DNA of 64,000 bases from the sequence record LT598654.1. One strand, 5' to 3'. How positions within the stretch are numbered: position 1 is the stretch's first letter; the number at the start of each line of letters is the position of its first letter. Of the stretch, positions 29,349-39,606 are shown piece by piece. The notes under the pieces are model-generated. The model ran no database searches, was not told where the DNA came from, and was given only the letters and a program-made list of their open reading frames with translations. The position numbers and the translations under genes were made by a program.

Positions 29349-32300
29349 TACGCAACCTCTTCTTTGTATTTACGTAGTGCCTTTTTCTTAGCCCTTGCAC
29401 TAGCGATTGCTTTCTTGATACTGGTACGTCGAGTGTTACCGATTTCAGATCCACCTTGCGCTTGCTTCTCTGCTTTCTCACGACGAGCCAACTCTTTTTC
29501 GTTCGCTGGTATTTCTTTGAGGTATTTCTTGATTGCTTTTTTCTCTTTAGGTGTACGAATATCTTCACCCATAGACTCAATCTTAATACCGTTAGACCAC
29601 AGTTGCTTCTTCATCCAATCAGGCATCGTAGCATACTGAGTTTCCATGATTGTGTGGTACGCTTTGTCTATGTCAATGTCATAGCTGAGTTCGTTGACCT
29701 GTGTTTCCAGCGTGGTACGAATGAGTTTCTTCATACCTTCATAGGAGAAGTCCCATCCTTCAACGTGTTTCTCAGTAGCGCCTATTTCAAAGTCAATCTC
29801 AGGTAGACTGGTAAAATCAAAGTCGATACGATTCTGAACCTGCTTAACCACTTCACTAGTCAAACCTCGCTCAATCATATCAAGTGCTAACCAAACGTCT
29901 TCATAACCACACTCAACAGTTACCGAGTCATGCACCGATACCGACAAGTGCATATCAGGATAGTGACCTGTTTTCTCGTAGTGTTCATACATCATGCGAT
30001 TGATATTACGAATACCGATCATCATTAAGTCTGAACCGAAACCCTGAACAGGTGAGTTTACTGATCTACGTTCTTGGCTTGATACAACAAAGCCTGCGTG
30101 AGGATAATCTTTAGGCAGCATCAATGCCCATAGATGCCTACGACGACCCAACGGCGATTCAACAAACAAGTTCTTACGTGCAAACTTCTTAATCTTATCA
30201 AACCATTTCAAACCAACAGGGAAACGAGTTAAGAACTTTTCCTTTAGTTCCACAATCTTTTCAACTGTTTGACCGGAACCCGCTGCAAGACCTTTATCAC
30301 CTTGTTGATAGATAAGACCGAAGATTACAGTCTTAACCGAGTTACGAACTTCCTTAATCTTATCACGCGCTGTAATAGGAATACCGAAGAAGTAACTGGC
30401 ATTCAAACGGTGAACGTCACCTTCGTCTTCAATACGACGAGCGACTAACTTGTCAGGAACAAAACGGAAACGATTACGTAAGTCTGCACCTGTCTGGAAC
30501 AAGTCAGCTACGCCTTTATCTCCTGATATAATAGACCAACCTCTAACTTCGTGTGCCGAGTAATCCACTTTGATTAGTAGTTTACCTTTACGCGAACTGA
30601 ATAGACGTTTAATCTGTTTACCTAAAACACTGCGGCTTGGAATCTGCTGCAAGTTAGGATCAGAGGCAGACGTTCGACCCGTAACAACTTTTTGATAAGA
30701 GTAACGTGGTCGTATGCGTTGGTCATATTTAAAGTCGTCGTTAGATGCCCATAGCTTCAACAGGTTTTTAACGTATGCGTTTCTAAGCTTACACGCTTTT
30801 TGCCAGTCACCAAATAACTGAACCATCTTAACGTCTTTGTATTGCTTCTGGAAGTCTTTATCGATCTTACCAAGAAATTTACCGTTAGAACGTTTCTTCT
30901 TCGTACTGACACCGACCGGCTCCAGTTCCATAACATCAAAGAACAGCATTTGTTTATGTTCTTCGGAGTTAAGAGAAAAGTTATCTTTGATTTCAACTTT
31001 ACCGAACAAGCCTTCGCTAGGTAAGTTGCGGCCTTCACTGATTAACTCATTTACCTTACGCACTTCTTTAGACGTATATATCTGAGCCTCAATCTTGGCA
31101 ATCTCTTGGTTAATAGGACTGTCAGGATGCTCTAGCTTAAACAGGTACTCTACATCAGTGTACGCACCCGTCGATTCCAGACAACTGAAGGTGTGTATTT
31201 GGTCACTGATCTGTTTACCTATCAGTGCTTCATACTTCTTGAACTTTATGTCCTTAGCCCTGCGCAATTGCGAAAAGAAAATGTGCCAGGGAACCACAAC
31301 GTCAAGACTACAATAATCTAGCACAGGTTCGTCAAGGTGTACCTTACTGATAGTTGCTCGGTCTTCTTTACCAAACTCATTGGTGTAGAAGCTACGACAA
31401 CCATACTGCATAGCCAAGTTAGCAAGATTGTAATAACCAAAACTAGTGATGTTATGTATCACTTTCATGTTTTCGTCAAGACCGAATTCACCAGCCTGTA
31501 TATCCCAAACGTCAGCTTTGTAATATCGGATACCGAAGTTACTACGCATTACGTTAAGGTCGAACTGTGCGTTTGCGTATATCTGGTAAACGTTTTTGTT
31601 ATCCTGTTCAAAGTATTTCTTGAACAGCTTCTTAACCAACTTCAACTCCTTAGCAGTAAACGGAGTATCCATATGGTAGATTGGGATAATGTAAGCGGTC
31701 TTACCGTCAGCACATAACTGAACTGTTTGCAGTCGGTTACACACACGATACAGGTTTTCTGTTTCTGTATCCACTGCAACATACTTGCTTTTAGCCATAA
31801 GCTTCAAGCATTTCTTTAGTTTGTCAATCGTGTCTACATAAACTACATCGTAGTTCTTTTTGGTTTCATCAGATACAAAAGGAATCTTATATCTAAGAGT
31901 ACCACCGTCCAAAGTAGAAACGAAATTACGAGCGGTGTATCCTAACAAGTTTGCAGTGTTAGTAAGGTCGCCGTTCTTGTTACTGATCATCCCATTAAAG
32001 CTGAGTGAACTTATGTGGATGAATTTGTGCTTCTTCTTACCTTGCTCAACCTTCGCATTAATAGGTACACCTAACCAATGCTGGTCAAAGCCTTTGTGCT
32101 GCACAATCAAGTCACGGCTTATAGCGTACTGAGGATCTTTACCGAATGTATGAACAATATCAGGCTTGTACTCGATAATAGCCTGGCGCATACGACGAGC
32201 GAATTCCAAACGAGCTTCGTTTTGGTAATCCTCACTCATGCCGTAGGTTTTAAAACAATTAAAGTTCATAACCAAGTAGTCGTATTCCTCAATTGAATAC

Positions 32301-32542
32301 TCAGCTTGGTAGAATTCGTAGGCTAGGTCAGCTACTTTATGAAACACGTTATCAGTATAACCCGATAGTATTTCACCTGTACCTAAATCTTCGGAGGGAA
32401 CGTGGTCTAATACAAACAGTATCTTACCGACAGGTTTCTTTGGTTTATTTCTCAACAGTTTGAGATCGCCTTTGAACTCCACTACTCGGTCGTAATACCG
32501 GTCTTTGAAGTCAAAGTCAAAGTCTATATAGGACTGGCTCAT
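29348..32542 (-). CDS. polA: Family A DNA polymerase with an N-terminal UDG-like domain and 3'-5' exonuclease
   Basis: ExoI DTETE, ExoII NAQFD, ExoIII YCSLD. TGRTSASDPNLQQIP. Motif A DYSAHEVR, motif B RNSVKTVIFGLIY, motif C VHDS. Confidence 0.92.
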   Translation of the reverse strand: MSQSYIDFDFDFKDRYYDRVVEFKGDLKLLRNKPKKPVGKILFVLDHVPSEDLGTGEILSGYTDNVFHKVADLAYEFYQAEYSIEEYDYLVMNFNCFKTYGMSEDYQNEARLEFARRMRQAIIEYKPDIVHTFGKDPQYAISRDLIVQHKGFDQHWLGVPINAKVEQGKKKHKFIHISSLSFNGMISNKNGDLTNTANLLGYTARNFVSTLDGGTLRYKIPFVSDETKKNYDVVYVDTIDKLKKCLKLMAKSKYVAVDTETENLYRVCNRLQTVQLCADGKTAYIIPIYHMDTPFTAKELKLVKKLFKKYFEQDNKNVYQIYANAQFDLNVMRSNFGIRYYKADVWDIQAGEFGLDENMKVIHNITSFGYYNLANLAMQYGCRSFYTNEFGKEDRATISKVHLDEPVLDYCSLDVVVPWHIFFSQLRRAKDIKFKKYEALIGKQISDQIHTFSCLESTGAYTDVEYLFKLEHPDSPINQEIAKIEAQIYTSKEVRKVNELISEGRNLPSEGLFGKVEIKDNFSLNSEEHKQMLFFDVMELEPVGVSTKKKRSNGKFLGKIDKDFQKQYKDVKMVQLFGDWQKACKLRNAYVKNLLKLWASNDDFKYDQRIRPRYSYQKVVTGRTSASDPNLQQIPSRSVLGKQIKRLFSSRKGKLLIKVDYSAHEVRGWSIISGDKGVADLFQTGADLRNRFRFVPDKLVARRIEDEGDVHRLNASYFFGIPITARDKIKEVRNSVKTVIFGLIYQQGDKGLAAGSGQTVEKIVELKEKFLTRFPVGLKWFDKIKKFARKNLFVESPLGRRRHLWALMLPKDYPHAGFVVSSQERRSVNSPVQGFGSDLMMIGIRNINRMMYEHYEKTGHYPDMHLSVSVHDSVTVECGYEDVWLALDMIERGLTSEVVKQVQNRIDFDFTSLPEIDFEIGATEKHVEGWDFSYEGMKKLIRTTLETQVNELSYDIDIDKAYHTIMETQYATMPDWMKKQLWSNGIKIESMGEDIRTPKEKKAIKKYLKEIPANEKELARREKAEKQAQGGSEIGNTRRTSIKKAIASARAKKKALRKYKEEVA

Positions 32543-32578
32543 ATCATAGATAACATACAGTTAATTGAATTCAGTATG

Positions 32579-32590
32579 TGTTTACACTTT
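32579..32590 (-). promoter_or_regulatory. Candidate promoter box AAAGTGTAAACA
   Basis: 36 nt upstream of the polymerase ATG, just after a terminator. Confidence 0.5.
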
Positions 32591-32612
32591 TGGAATCCAT
32601 ACCCCAGAGGCT

Positions 32613-32635
32613 AAAAAAGGGACAATTAAGCCCCT
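32613..32635 (-). terminator. Rho-independent terminator
   Basis: AGGGGC-TTAATT-GTCCCT followed by a T-run. Confidence 0.7.
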
Positions 32636-32664
32636 AATTTAGTACTGCGCGTCGTTAAACATTA

Positions 32665-33171
32665 CTACCGTTTCTTTTTCTTCTTACGGAATTGCTGATT
32701 GAATTGCGTAGAAGGGGTAGCTGACTGTTCTTGCTGAGCCTCACCAGAAGATTCCGCAGTAGCATCCTCAGGTTCTGAATTAGATTCCTCTATTTCGTTT
32801 TCAGACTCAGCATCAGTCTTTGGGTTTTCAGTAGTCTCCGCATCGGGAGCATGTACTGTGTCACGGCGATTGTCGTACACCTCATGCAAGTCACCTGACC
32901 ATTCAGTAATGCGCTCCTGTGTGAGTTCATCACAAGCAAGGTAACCTTTACGTCGAGGGTCAAGATAAATACCTGAAGGGTACTTACTAACGTGACCTAA
33001 TTCAAAAGGCATACCGTTGTTAGGATACGCTGGCTTGAATTTAGGATCAGCTTCAAACGCCTTCTTAGCTTTGATAGTAAGAGCAGACCAGATACCATCA
33101 CATTTACCTGTGTAGTAGCCGAGTGCTTTTAGTATCATTTGTTGGTTCTGAATTAATCGTCTATTAACCAT
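32665..33171 (-). CDS. Peptidoglycan-binding-domain protein with an acidic tail and RKKKKKR end
   Basis: QQMILKALGYYTGKCDGIWSALTIKAKKAF matches the PG_binding_1 pattern. Confidence 0.7.
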   Translation of the reverse strand: MVNRRLIQNQQMILKALGYYTGKCDGIWSALTIKAKKAFEADPKFKPAYPNNGMPFELGHVSKYPSGIYLDPRRKGYLACDELTQERITEWSGDLHEVYDNRRDTVHAPDAETTENPKTDAESENEIEESNSEPEDATAESSGEAQQEQSATPSTQFNQQFRKKKKKR

Positions 33172-33197
33172 GTCAAACCTCTAAGAAAAGGGAAGAA

Positions 33198-36100
33198 TTA
33201 CTTCTTCCCGGTCATGTTTTTAAGTTCGGCGCTATGCTCACGGCTACGCACTAACTTTAATTGCTGGATTGCTTCAAGTACTTTATCCATGTTCTTGATA
33301 GTGTATCCTGCTTTCAACAACTCACGAAGTTTAGCTTTCGCTTCGGTCTTGGTAACAGCAAAGAAGATACTCATACCCTCATGCAGCTTCCACTTACCGC
33401 CTCGACCCGCACCAGGAATGGTTTGGTTAAGGTGCTTCTTCATCATTGGGTTAGTGCGCATATCAACAGTGATACGCAAACGGTCAGGCATAACAACTGG
33501 GTAAATCTTAATTGTCTTACGGTCTCTACTCTCACGGTGACGAGTATAGAAGAAGTTAGGCAATTCTGATTGTACCTTAGTAGCCTGTTTCATGTTGAAG
33601 TTCATTCGGTTTGCATCTTCGAACACATCCAACACCGCTTCAAGACGTTTGGTACTAGCACGATCAAGTTTCATCTTGTCGTCAATGTAATCCAGTGCCT
33701 TATCAAACAGTGGGTAACGAATGAATTCACAATACGCGAATTCACCAAACTCCTGGAAGCCTAAGTTTTTAAGTGTCTTAGAATCCGGGTCGTTAGCATT
33801 AACGTGCAGTGCCAAGAATCCGTTATAGATAGATGGAATAACTGAGATAGCCATATCGCGTACCTCTACACCATCCTGAATCTTAACGTCTTTACCTGAT
33901 TTAATCGGGTCAAGTTTCTTGACTACCTTGTTAACACCATCGTTAACTGGTTTGTTCTTACGAATGTTCTCGCGGCGAATCTTAGCCTTACGACTAACAG
34001 ACTTTTCTTCCTCAAGATTTTTCTCAACACGTTTACGTCTTCGTTGCTCCGCAGCTTTCTTCTTAGCAAGCTCTTTGTCTTTCTTAGCCTGGTCGGCTTC
34101 GATACGCTTACGCTCACTTTCGGTAGCCCAAGGTTTGTCAGTAGAGAAGAACTTCTTGAAGTCTTCCTGAGTTACCTTAGCAGCAACAAATAAACGGCGA
34201 GGATGTACACGACCAATTTCATCGTTACCTGAATAACGCATACGCACGTTAGAAACAGGCATCTTAGGATCAATGTACTTGGTACCGTCTTCGCGTGTAA
34301 CGTAGTTGACAGTGAAGCCAACAATGACACCCGTACCGAACTCTGAACGTACAGGTAGTCCACGCAGAACTTTAGTTAGCTGTTCTTCGGTAAGACCTTC
34401 TAACTGCTCCAAGTTACCATCGTAATTCTTATCAGTCCACTCACCATACCAATCAAGGAATCGAGTTAGTCCAAAACCATCAGGGTCAGGAATGTTCTGA
34501 TTAGGTAGAATAGGTACATTAGTCAGACGTTTGAAATCTGGTAATGCGTCTACCATCGGTAAGTCCTGCATAGCAGCAAGAGTTGTCTTACGCATTTCGT
34601 GGAACTCTTGTCCCTCGATTGCGTTCAGTTCAGCTTTCGCAGCGAAGTGATCAACAAATGAATCAAAACCTTCAGTAGCAGCACTGATAAGAGTCTTAAC
34701 ATCCATTGAAATCTTAGGTAAGGTAATACCCATAATATCTTCGTAACGTGGGTTACCTTTTTCATCGAACTTGGTTTTCTCAACAGTCTTCCACATCAGA
34801 CGAGCAACTTTCGCTACTTCCAATGAGCCTTCTGCCATCAACCAGTCAATGTAGATTACTTCACGGCGCATATCACCAGGCTTACCATTTTCAATCTTGG
34901 CAGCAGCTGGATCAGGACGGAAGATACGAGCAGTAGACTGTTCATAGTCACCTGGTGACCACGGAGTCTCTACACGAATAATACGTGAAGCCATTTGCAA
35001 GTTGTGACCTTCCGTAATAGCCTGTTCGTTAGCAATCAGGATTTTAACATCAGGGTCAGTCTTGAACGCTTCAACGTTCTCCCATTTCTCAGCAACCTGC
35101 CCATGGAAACGACGAGCAACTGATTTGTACTTAGGAGGTAGCGACTTGTAGATAGCATCTACTGAACGTGTATAACGACAGAAGATAAGTACCTTACCGT
35201 GCATTTCTTCCTTCCAATGTTCTAAATCTTCATCGGGTGGAATATTGCTAGGCGGACATTCGCGACGCTTCAAGCTTACTTCTTCGGTTTCTAACCGACG
35301 GCGCATGTAACGAAGACCTTTGTGCTCTACAACATCAAGTTCACGAGGAATCATACCTTGTTGCCAGCGAACAACACGAGCACCGCTGGTAGCGTTAGGG
35401 TCGTAGTCGAATACCTGGAAGTGACGGTCAAGACGTTTTTCTACAGCACGTACTTTAGCACTAACAAACGTAGGAGGTACACCAGCTTCTTTAGCAGCAA
35501 CGATAAATGCGTCATCACCCCATGGGTCAACGATTAACTGCTCCAGCTTTTGCATGTAGGATTTAAACAACTGAGGATTAATAGCACTCAGTTCATCGTC
35601 ATCATCAAAGTCCAGTTCTTCGGTGTTACCGTCTTCGTCATCACCTTCGTCTTCTTGGTCTTCACCTTGTGTACCTTTGTACGCTTTAATCTTCTCTTCC
35701 AATTCCTGGATAGTAGACATAAGCAACGCATTGTACACCTGCATGAAAATTTCATCATTCGGATCAGGGTCATCCGGGTCAAGCAACTTAATCGGTACGA
35801 AAGCATCGATAGGAGTAGGAAGCATGAATGCCCATTCCTTACGCTTAACCGTAATTACGGCTGCGTTCTGACCGAACTTACTGCGTACACGGATTGCACC
35901 ATCAGCAGCACTAGCATCGAAAGCGAAATCATTTGGCGTACGGAAAGTATGAGCACTAAATAGAGCCGACTGACCTACTACGTCTTCAAGAAGACCGTGA
36001 ATCAAAGTACCTGTTGCAAGACGCGAGTACTTAACGTGAGGTGCAGTAAACACTTGCTTGATTGTAGCGTGTACAATCGAAATCTTACCTTTAGCAGGAT

Positions 36101-39026
36101 CAAATTTCTTAGCTTTGTGTGATTCATCCAATGCAACGTACTGGTACTTCTGACGTTTAATGAATTCACAACCACCGTAAAGCTTCAACTTACGAGGACC
36201 GTAACTAATATCTTCTTCTTTAGACTTCAAGAAGTTGATACCAACAAAGCTGATTGTATTAGGTGGAGCGTTTTGAATTAATTCTTCAAGCTTCTCCTCA
36301 CCCCAAGTATCAAAGCTGTCTTTGGTAATTGGGATAGCGTTCCATGAACCCTTGGTGATTTTAGCTAAGTCTTCACACCAGTTAGCAACGAGTTTATCTG
36401 GACAGATAACCAAGTACCGCATAGGTTCAGATGATTCACGAACCATAGCACCAATGTCTAACAGAAGCGTGATTGTCTTACCGCCACCTGGATGAATATC
36501 AAGTACCGCGAACTTAGGTTTGTTCCGCAGATACTTGTGCGCTTTAATCTGGTGAGGGAATACTTTACTTCCGCTTGCAATACCAGGCATCTGAATATCA
36601 GAAACATCGATGGACTCGTCCATGCTGTAGCTTTCAGATTCCTGCTCAGCCTGTTCAAAGATATTGATTGCATTAGGTACGTACTTAGAGAACATGTAAG
36701 CCATTGGCATAATAACGTGGGTAACGTCATTATAAGGCATCATGTAACCACCTAAAGTAGCATCAAATTCTTCAAGAGGTTGGAACAAGTCGCGAGGGTC
36801 AGCAAGAGTAATCTGCTCACATACCAACTTGAATAGTAAACCACCCAAGTAGTTGTAGACGTTACCGAACTCAGCCATTGTACTACTGAAAGAATTAAAG
36901 TAAGCGCCATGCTCTTTAATTTCGGTATGTACGTTCTCTGCACCAACTTCTTCAAACACAACATCAAACAGGTTACCACCTGGAGAACCCATTGCATCTT
37001 TCATCGCATCGTGAAGACAGCTAAAGATAATCTCTACTTCATTACCTTCGGTAGAATTTTTCAGCTTAACATCACTTGATAACCATGCGCTGTAAAGAGC
37101 GTTGTCCAATTTACTTTCAGACAGGTTAGTGATATTGAGTTCAGACGCTGCCTGCTTAATCAGTTCTTCGAGACCTTTTACTTTGTTCTTACGTAACAGG
37201 AACACGTATGTACGTAACAGCTTTTTAAAGCGGTCGTTGAACAAGAAAGGTAGACGGTTGTTAACTGGGTAGCCTACATAAGCATCTTTCTTGGGATCCA
37301 TATCCGAGAAGTCAGCACCCGGCATCATGTAGTTTAAGCTTTGCGTAAAGTTTTTCTTCTGGTCACGTTCCTGCTCTTGTGCAAAGTCGTAACCCAAGTA
37401 ATCCGCAATAGCCAACGCACTAGGTTCGGTAGAGCCGTTCAAGTCGGTTGCAATCTGAGAGAATGCGCTAGACACACCAGCAGACAGTGCAACGTTGTAA
37501 TCCCAGTTGAATGCAAGCAATGCACCTTTGTACCGCTCTAACTGTTTCTTACGCGCAATAACCGCAGACTCTACTCGGTAATCTTTTTTAGACACCACGA
37601 AAGCTCTGCTGATCAAAGTAGCAGTATCAGTCAGAGGAGCACCTGCACGGTAAGATGCTTCCAATGCCGCATCCAGATCACGTTCATAAGCTTCTGCGTT
37701 ATTGAAGCCAGTGTCTTCGGTACGAGGCATAAACGTTAGCAGACCACGTGGGCTAACACCGATACGGTCTTGGTTTACACGACCTGGATCTTTAGGCAGG
37801 TTGTTATCGTCACGGTGCTTCAACAGGATGCTGTTTTTCGAAGCAGGGATAATGTAACGAGGCAAACGCTGGAATGCCGCACGACCTTTGAGGTTTGCAT
37901 TCGAGATACGAGAACCTTTAGGACGTAAATAGACTTTACCCCATTGGTCAATCCAGTTAGTCAGAGCGTACAGGTTAAGCGTACCGTCGGTGGTTTGTGA
38001 AATGTAATCCACATACTCACGAGGTAAGTTCATTGCTAAACTTACATGGAACTTCTGCATAACTGCCGATTCTTTAGAAACATGCTGAGTTAAATCAGGT
38101 TCTGTAAGTTCTGTAACGTCTTCCGGGTTTTGGTCTTTGTACTTTAACTTGTTGTAGTAGCTGCTCATTGCGGCTACAGCATTCTTATTAGGCGGAACCA
38201 TCACAAGAATAGAGAAGTTAGGATGCAAAGAACTGTGAACCTGTTCGTTAGCAAAGATACCTGGATTAAAACCGAACTTACGTGCGAACACTTGGTCCAG
38301 TGAAGTAAAGTCAAAATCAAAAGGTAACTGAACTTGACGCCAATCCGTACAGGTTTCTACACTAAGAGCAGAACCAAAGATAAGCTTTTGGATTTCTTCC
38401 ATCACAGACATTGCATCTTGTGCAACGCTTGAAGCATAGTGGCGTGTGTAAGCATTATCATAACCAATACCAGCAGCAGCCATGATAGGTTCTTCATAAG
38501 ATGCAAGACCAAACGCAAGACCCGCACTAGTAGAAGATCCATCACCAGAGTAAGCGGGTACACCGGTAAACATAATGTCTTTACCGCCTTTGAAACGCTT
38601 ACTGTCTTGGATTGTATGGTACTGACCTGAACTCATAGCACCTAAGAAAGAGCGTGTGAGTTCATCGACAAGTTCTTCACCTGATGCTGCCTGCTTAATA
38701 AGCTCTACACGGCTCATTACGCGGTTTTTAAATTCGTCGGCATCTGATTCAAGAATGTCTTCGTAACGACCACCGCTAGTAAGCAGGTGGTTAAGTATAC
38801 GGTACATGTTGTTAAGCTGAGCAGAATAATTAACCAGACTACCAACCATGATAGAAAAGTCTACAGCTTTTAAGCCTGCTTTATTTTTGCTTCGCTTAGG
38901 AAAGAACGTGTTTTCGTAGTCGGCTGCCTTGTTGCCTTCTAGTTTAACAGGTGCAAGAACTTCTTGTATGTTCATACCTGCGCTTAAACTTTCAAGACCA
39001 TTGGCTGCACTATTTTCGTTTGACAT
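33198..39026 (-). CDS. Giant SNF2/SWI2-family helicase/translocase (probably virion-packaged)
   Basis: PHQ, HPGGGKT, LDESH, ATGT, KVLIFC, EGHNLQMASRII, QSTARIFR. About 800-aa unknown N-terminus. Confidence 0.85.
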   Translation of the reverse strand: MSNENSAANGLESLSAGMNIQEVLAPVKLEGNKAADYENTFFPKRSKNKAGLKAVDFSIMVGSLVNYSAQLNNMYRILNHLLTSGGRYEDILESDADEFKNRVMSRVELIKQAASGEELVDELTRSFLGAMSSGQYHTIQDSKRFKGGKDIMFTGVPAYSGDGSSTSAGLAFGLASYEEPIMAAAGIGYDNAYTRHYASSVAQDAMSVMEEIQKLIFGSALSVETCTDWRQVQLPFDFDFTSLDQVFARKFGFNPGIFANEQVHSSLHPNFSILVMVPPNKNAVAAMSSYYNKLKYKDQNPEDVTELTEPDLTQHVSKESAVMQKFHVSLAMNLPREYVDYISQTTDGTLNLYALTNWIDQWGKVYLRPKGSRISNANLKGRAAFQRLPRYIIPASKNSILLKHRDDNNLPKDPGRVNQDRIGVSPRGLLTFMPRTEDTGFNNAEAYERDLDAALEASYRAGAPLTDTATLISRAFVVSKKDYRVESAVIARKKQLERYKGALLAFNWDYNVALSAGVSSAFSQIATDLNGSTEPSALAIADYLGYDFAQEQERDQKKNFTQSLNYMMPGADFSDMDPKKDAYVGYPVNNRLPFLFNDRFKKLLRTYVFLLRKNKVKGLEELIKQAASELNITNLSESKLDNALYSAWLSSDVKLKNSTEGNEVEIIFSCLHDAMKDAMGSPGGNLFDVVFEEVGAENVHTEIKEHGAYFNSFSSTMAEFGNVYNYLGGLLFKLVCEQITLADPRDLFQPLEEFDATLGGYMMPYNDVTHVIMPMAYMFSKYVPNAINIFEQAEQESESYSMDESIDVSDIQMPGIASGSKVFPHQIKAHKYLRNKPKFAVLDIHPGGGKTITLLLDIGAMVRESSEPMRYLVICPDKLVANWCEDLAKITKGSWNAIPITKDSFDTWGEEKLEELIQNAPPNTISFVGINFLKSKEEDISYGPRKLKLYGGCEFIKRQKYQYVALDESHKAKKFDPAKGKISIVHATIKQVFTAPHVKYSRLATGTLIHGLLEDVVGQSALFSAHTFRTPNDFAFDASAADGAIRVRSKFGQNAAVITVKRKEWAFMLPTPIDAFVPIKLLDPDDPDPNDEIFMQVYNALLMSTIQELEEKIKAYKGTQGEDQEDEGDDEDGNTEELDFDDDDELSAINPQLFKSYMQKLEQLIVDPWGDDAFIVAAKEAGVPPTFVSAKVRAVEKRLDRHFQVFDYDPNATSGARVVRWQQGMIPRELDVVEHKGLRYMRRRLETEEVSLKRRECPPSNIPPDEDLEHWKEEMHGKVLIFCRYTRSVDAIYKSLPPKYKSVARRFHGQVAEKWENVEAFKTDPDVKILIANEQAITEGHNLQMASRIIRVETPWSPGDYEQSTARIFRPDPAAAKIENGKPGDMRREVIYIDWLMAEGSLEVAKVARLMWKTVEKTKFDEKGNPRYEDIMGITLPKISMDVKTLISAATEGFDSFVDHFAAKAELNAIEGQEFHEMRKTTLAAMQDLPMVDALPDFKRLTNVPILPNQNIPDPDGFGLTRFLDWYGEWTDKNYDGNLEQLEGLTEEQLTKVLRGLPVRSEFGTGVIVGFTVNYVTREDGTKYIDPKMPVSNVRMRYSGNDEIGRVHPRRLFVAAKVTQEDFKKFFSTDKPWATESERKRIEADQAKKDKELAKKKAAEQRRRKRVEKNLEEEKSVSRKAKIRRENIRKNKPVNDGVNKVVKKLDPIKSGKDVKIQDGVEVRDMAISVIPSIYNGFLALHVNANDPDSKTLKNLGFQEFGEFAYCEFIRYPLFDKALDYIDDKMKLDRASTKRLEAVLDVFEDANRMNFNMKQATKVQSELPNFFYTRHRESRDRKTIKIYPVVMPDRLRITVDMRTNPMMKKHLNQTIPGAGRGGKWKLHEGMSIFFAVTKTEAKAKLRELLKAGYTIKNMDKVLEAIQQLKLVRSREHSAELKNMTGKK

Positions 39027-39038
39027 AGTGTGCTTCCT

Positions 39039-39605
39039 TTAGATGTATTCTTGCCAAAATTCTGGATAATCCATGTTCACTTGGTTAGCTTCATCGATAA
39101 GCATATTAGCGAACATACGACGATACCGCGGTTTAAAGCTGCCCCACATTTCGCGAGTTCCGTATTGGAGCAAAACATCGGTGAATTTGTTAGCAAGTAA
39201 ATACTGGCTAAACTTTTCTTTAACGGAAGCAAGTTTTAAATCTTCTTCCATTTCTTCTTCATCGAATACTGAATCGTCAGAGTCCTCGTCAAAAGCAGCA
39301 TCATCGAATATAGTATTTACAATATTCTGTTGCTTCTTCTCCAGCACCAAGATAAGTTTAAGTAAACTGTTTACCAAAACCGCTTGGTTGCTAGAGTCAA
39401 AGGGTAATGTGAAGTTATTCTTTGAAGCCAAGTCTTGGATAGCAGACAGGATATTGGAGTTCTCTAAATTAAGAGATTCCGTTTGGTCTTCGTCTGCCGA
39501 AGCAGATTCGCTCCTCAGGAGCTTCTTGGCTAAGTCGCTTGCTTCCTCAGTGTAACCCATACACTTTCGGATAATGGCATCAGCGTCGTGTTGAAGTTGT
39601 TTCAT
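39039..39605 (-). CDS. Hypothetical (putative virion) protein
   Basis: Co-oriented, acidic stretch. Confidence 0.75.
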   Translation of the reverse strand: MKQLQHDADAIIRKCMGYTEEASDLAKKLLRSESASADEDQTESLNLENSNILSAIQDLASKNNFTLPFDSSNQAVLVNSLLKLILVLEKKQQNIVNTIFDDAAFDEDSDDSVFDEEEMEEDLKLASVKEKFSQYLLANKFTDVLLQYGTREMWGSFKPRYRRMFANMLIDEANQVNMDYPEFWQEYI

Positions 39606-39606
39606 G

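Noticed and set aside
17803-32664. preQ1 riboswitch upstream of the que/fol genes
   Set aside because: The spacers before queC, folE and queE are 0-8 nt, and no preQ1-I-like stem with an A-rich tail was found.
29348-39026. Intein or group I intron in the polymerase or SNF2 genes
   Set aside because: Both ORFs are uninterrupted. No Cys/Ser...His-Asn splice junctions or LAGLIDADG motifs were recognised, and the extra length is N- or C-terminal.
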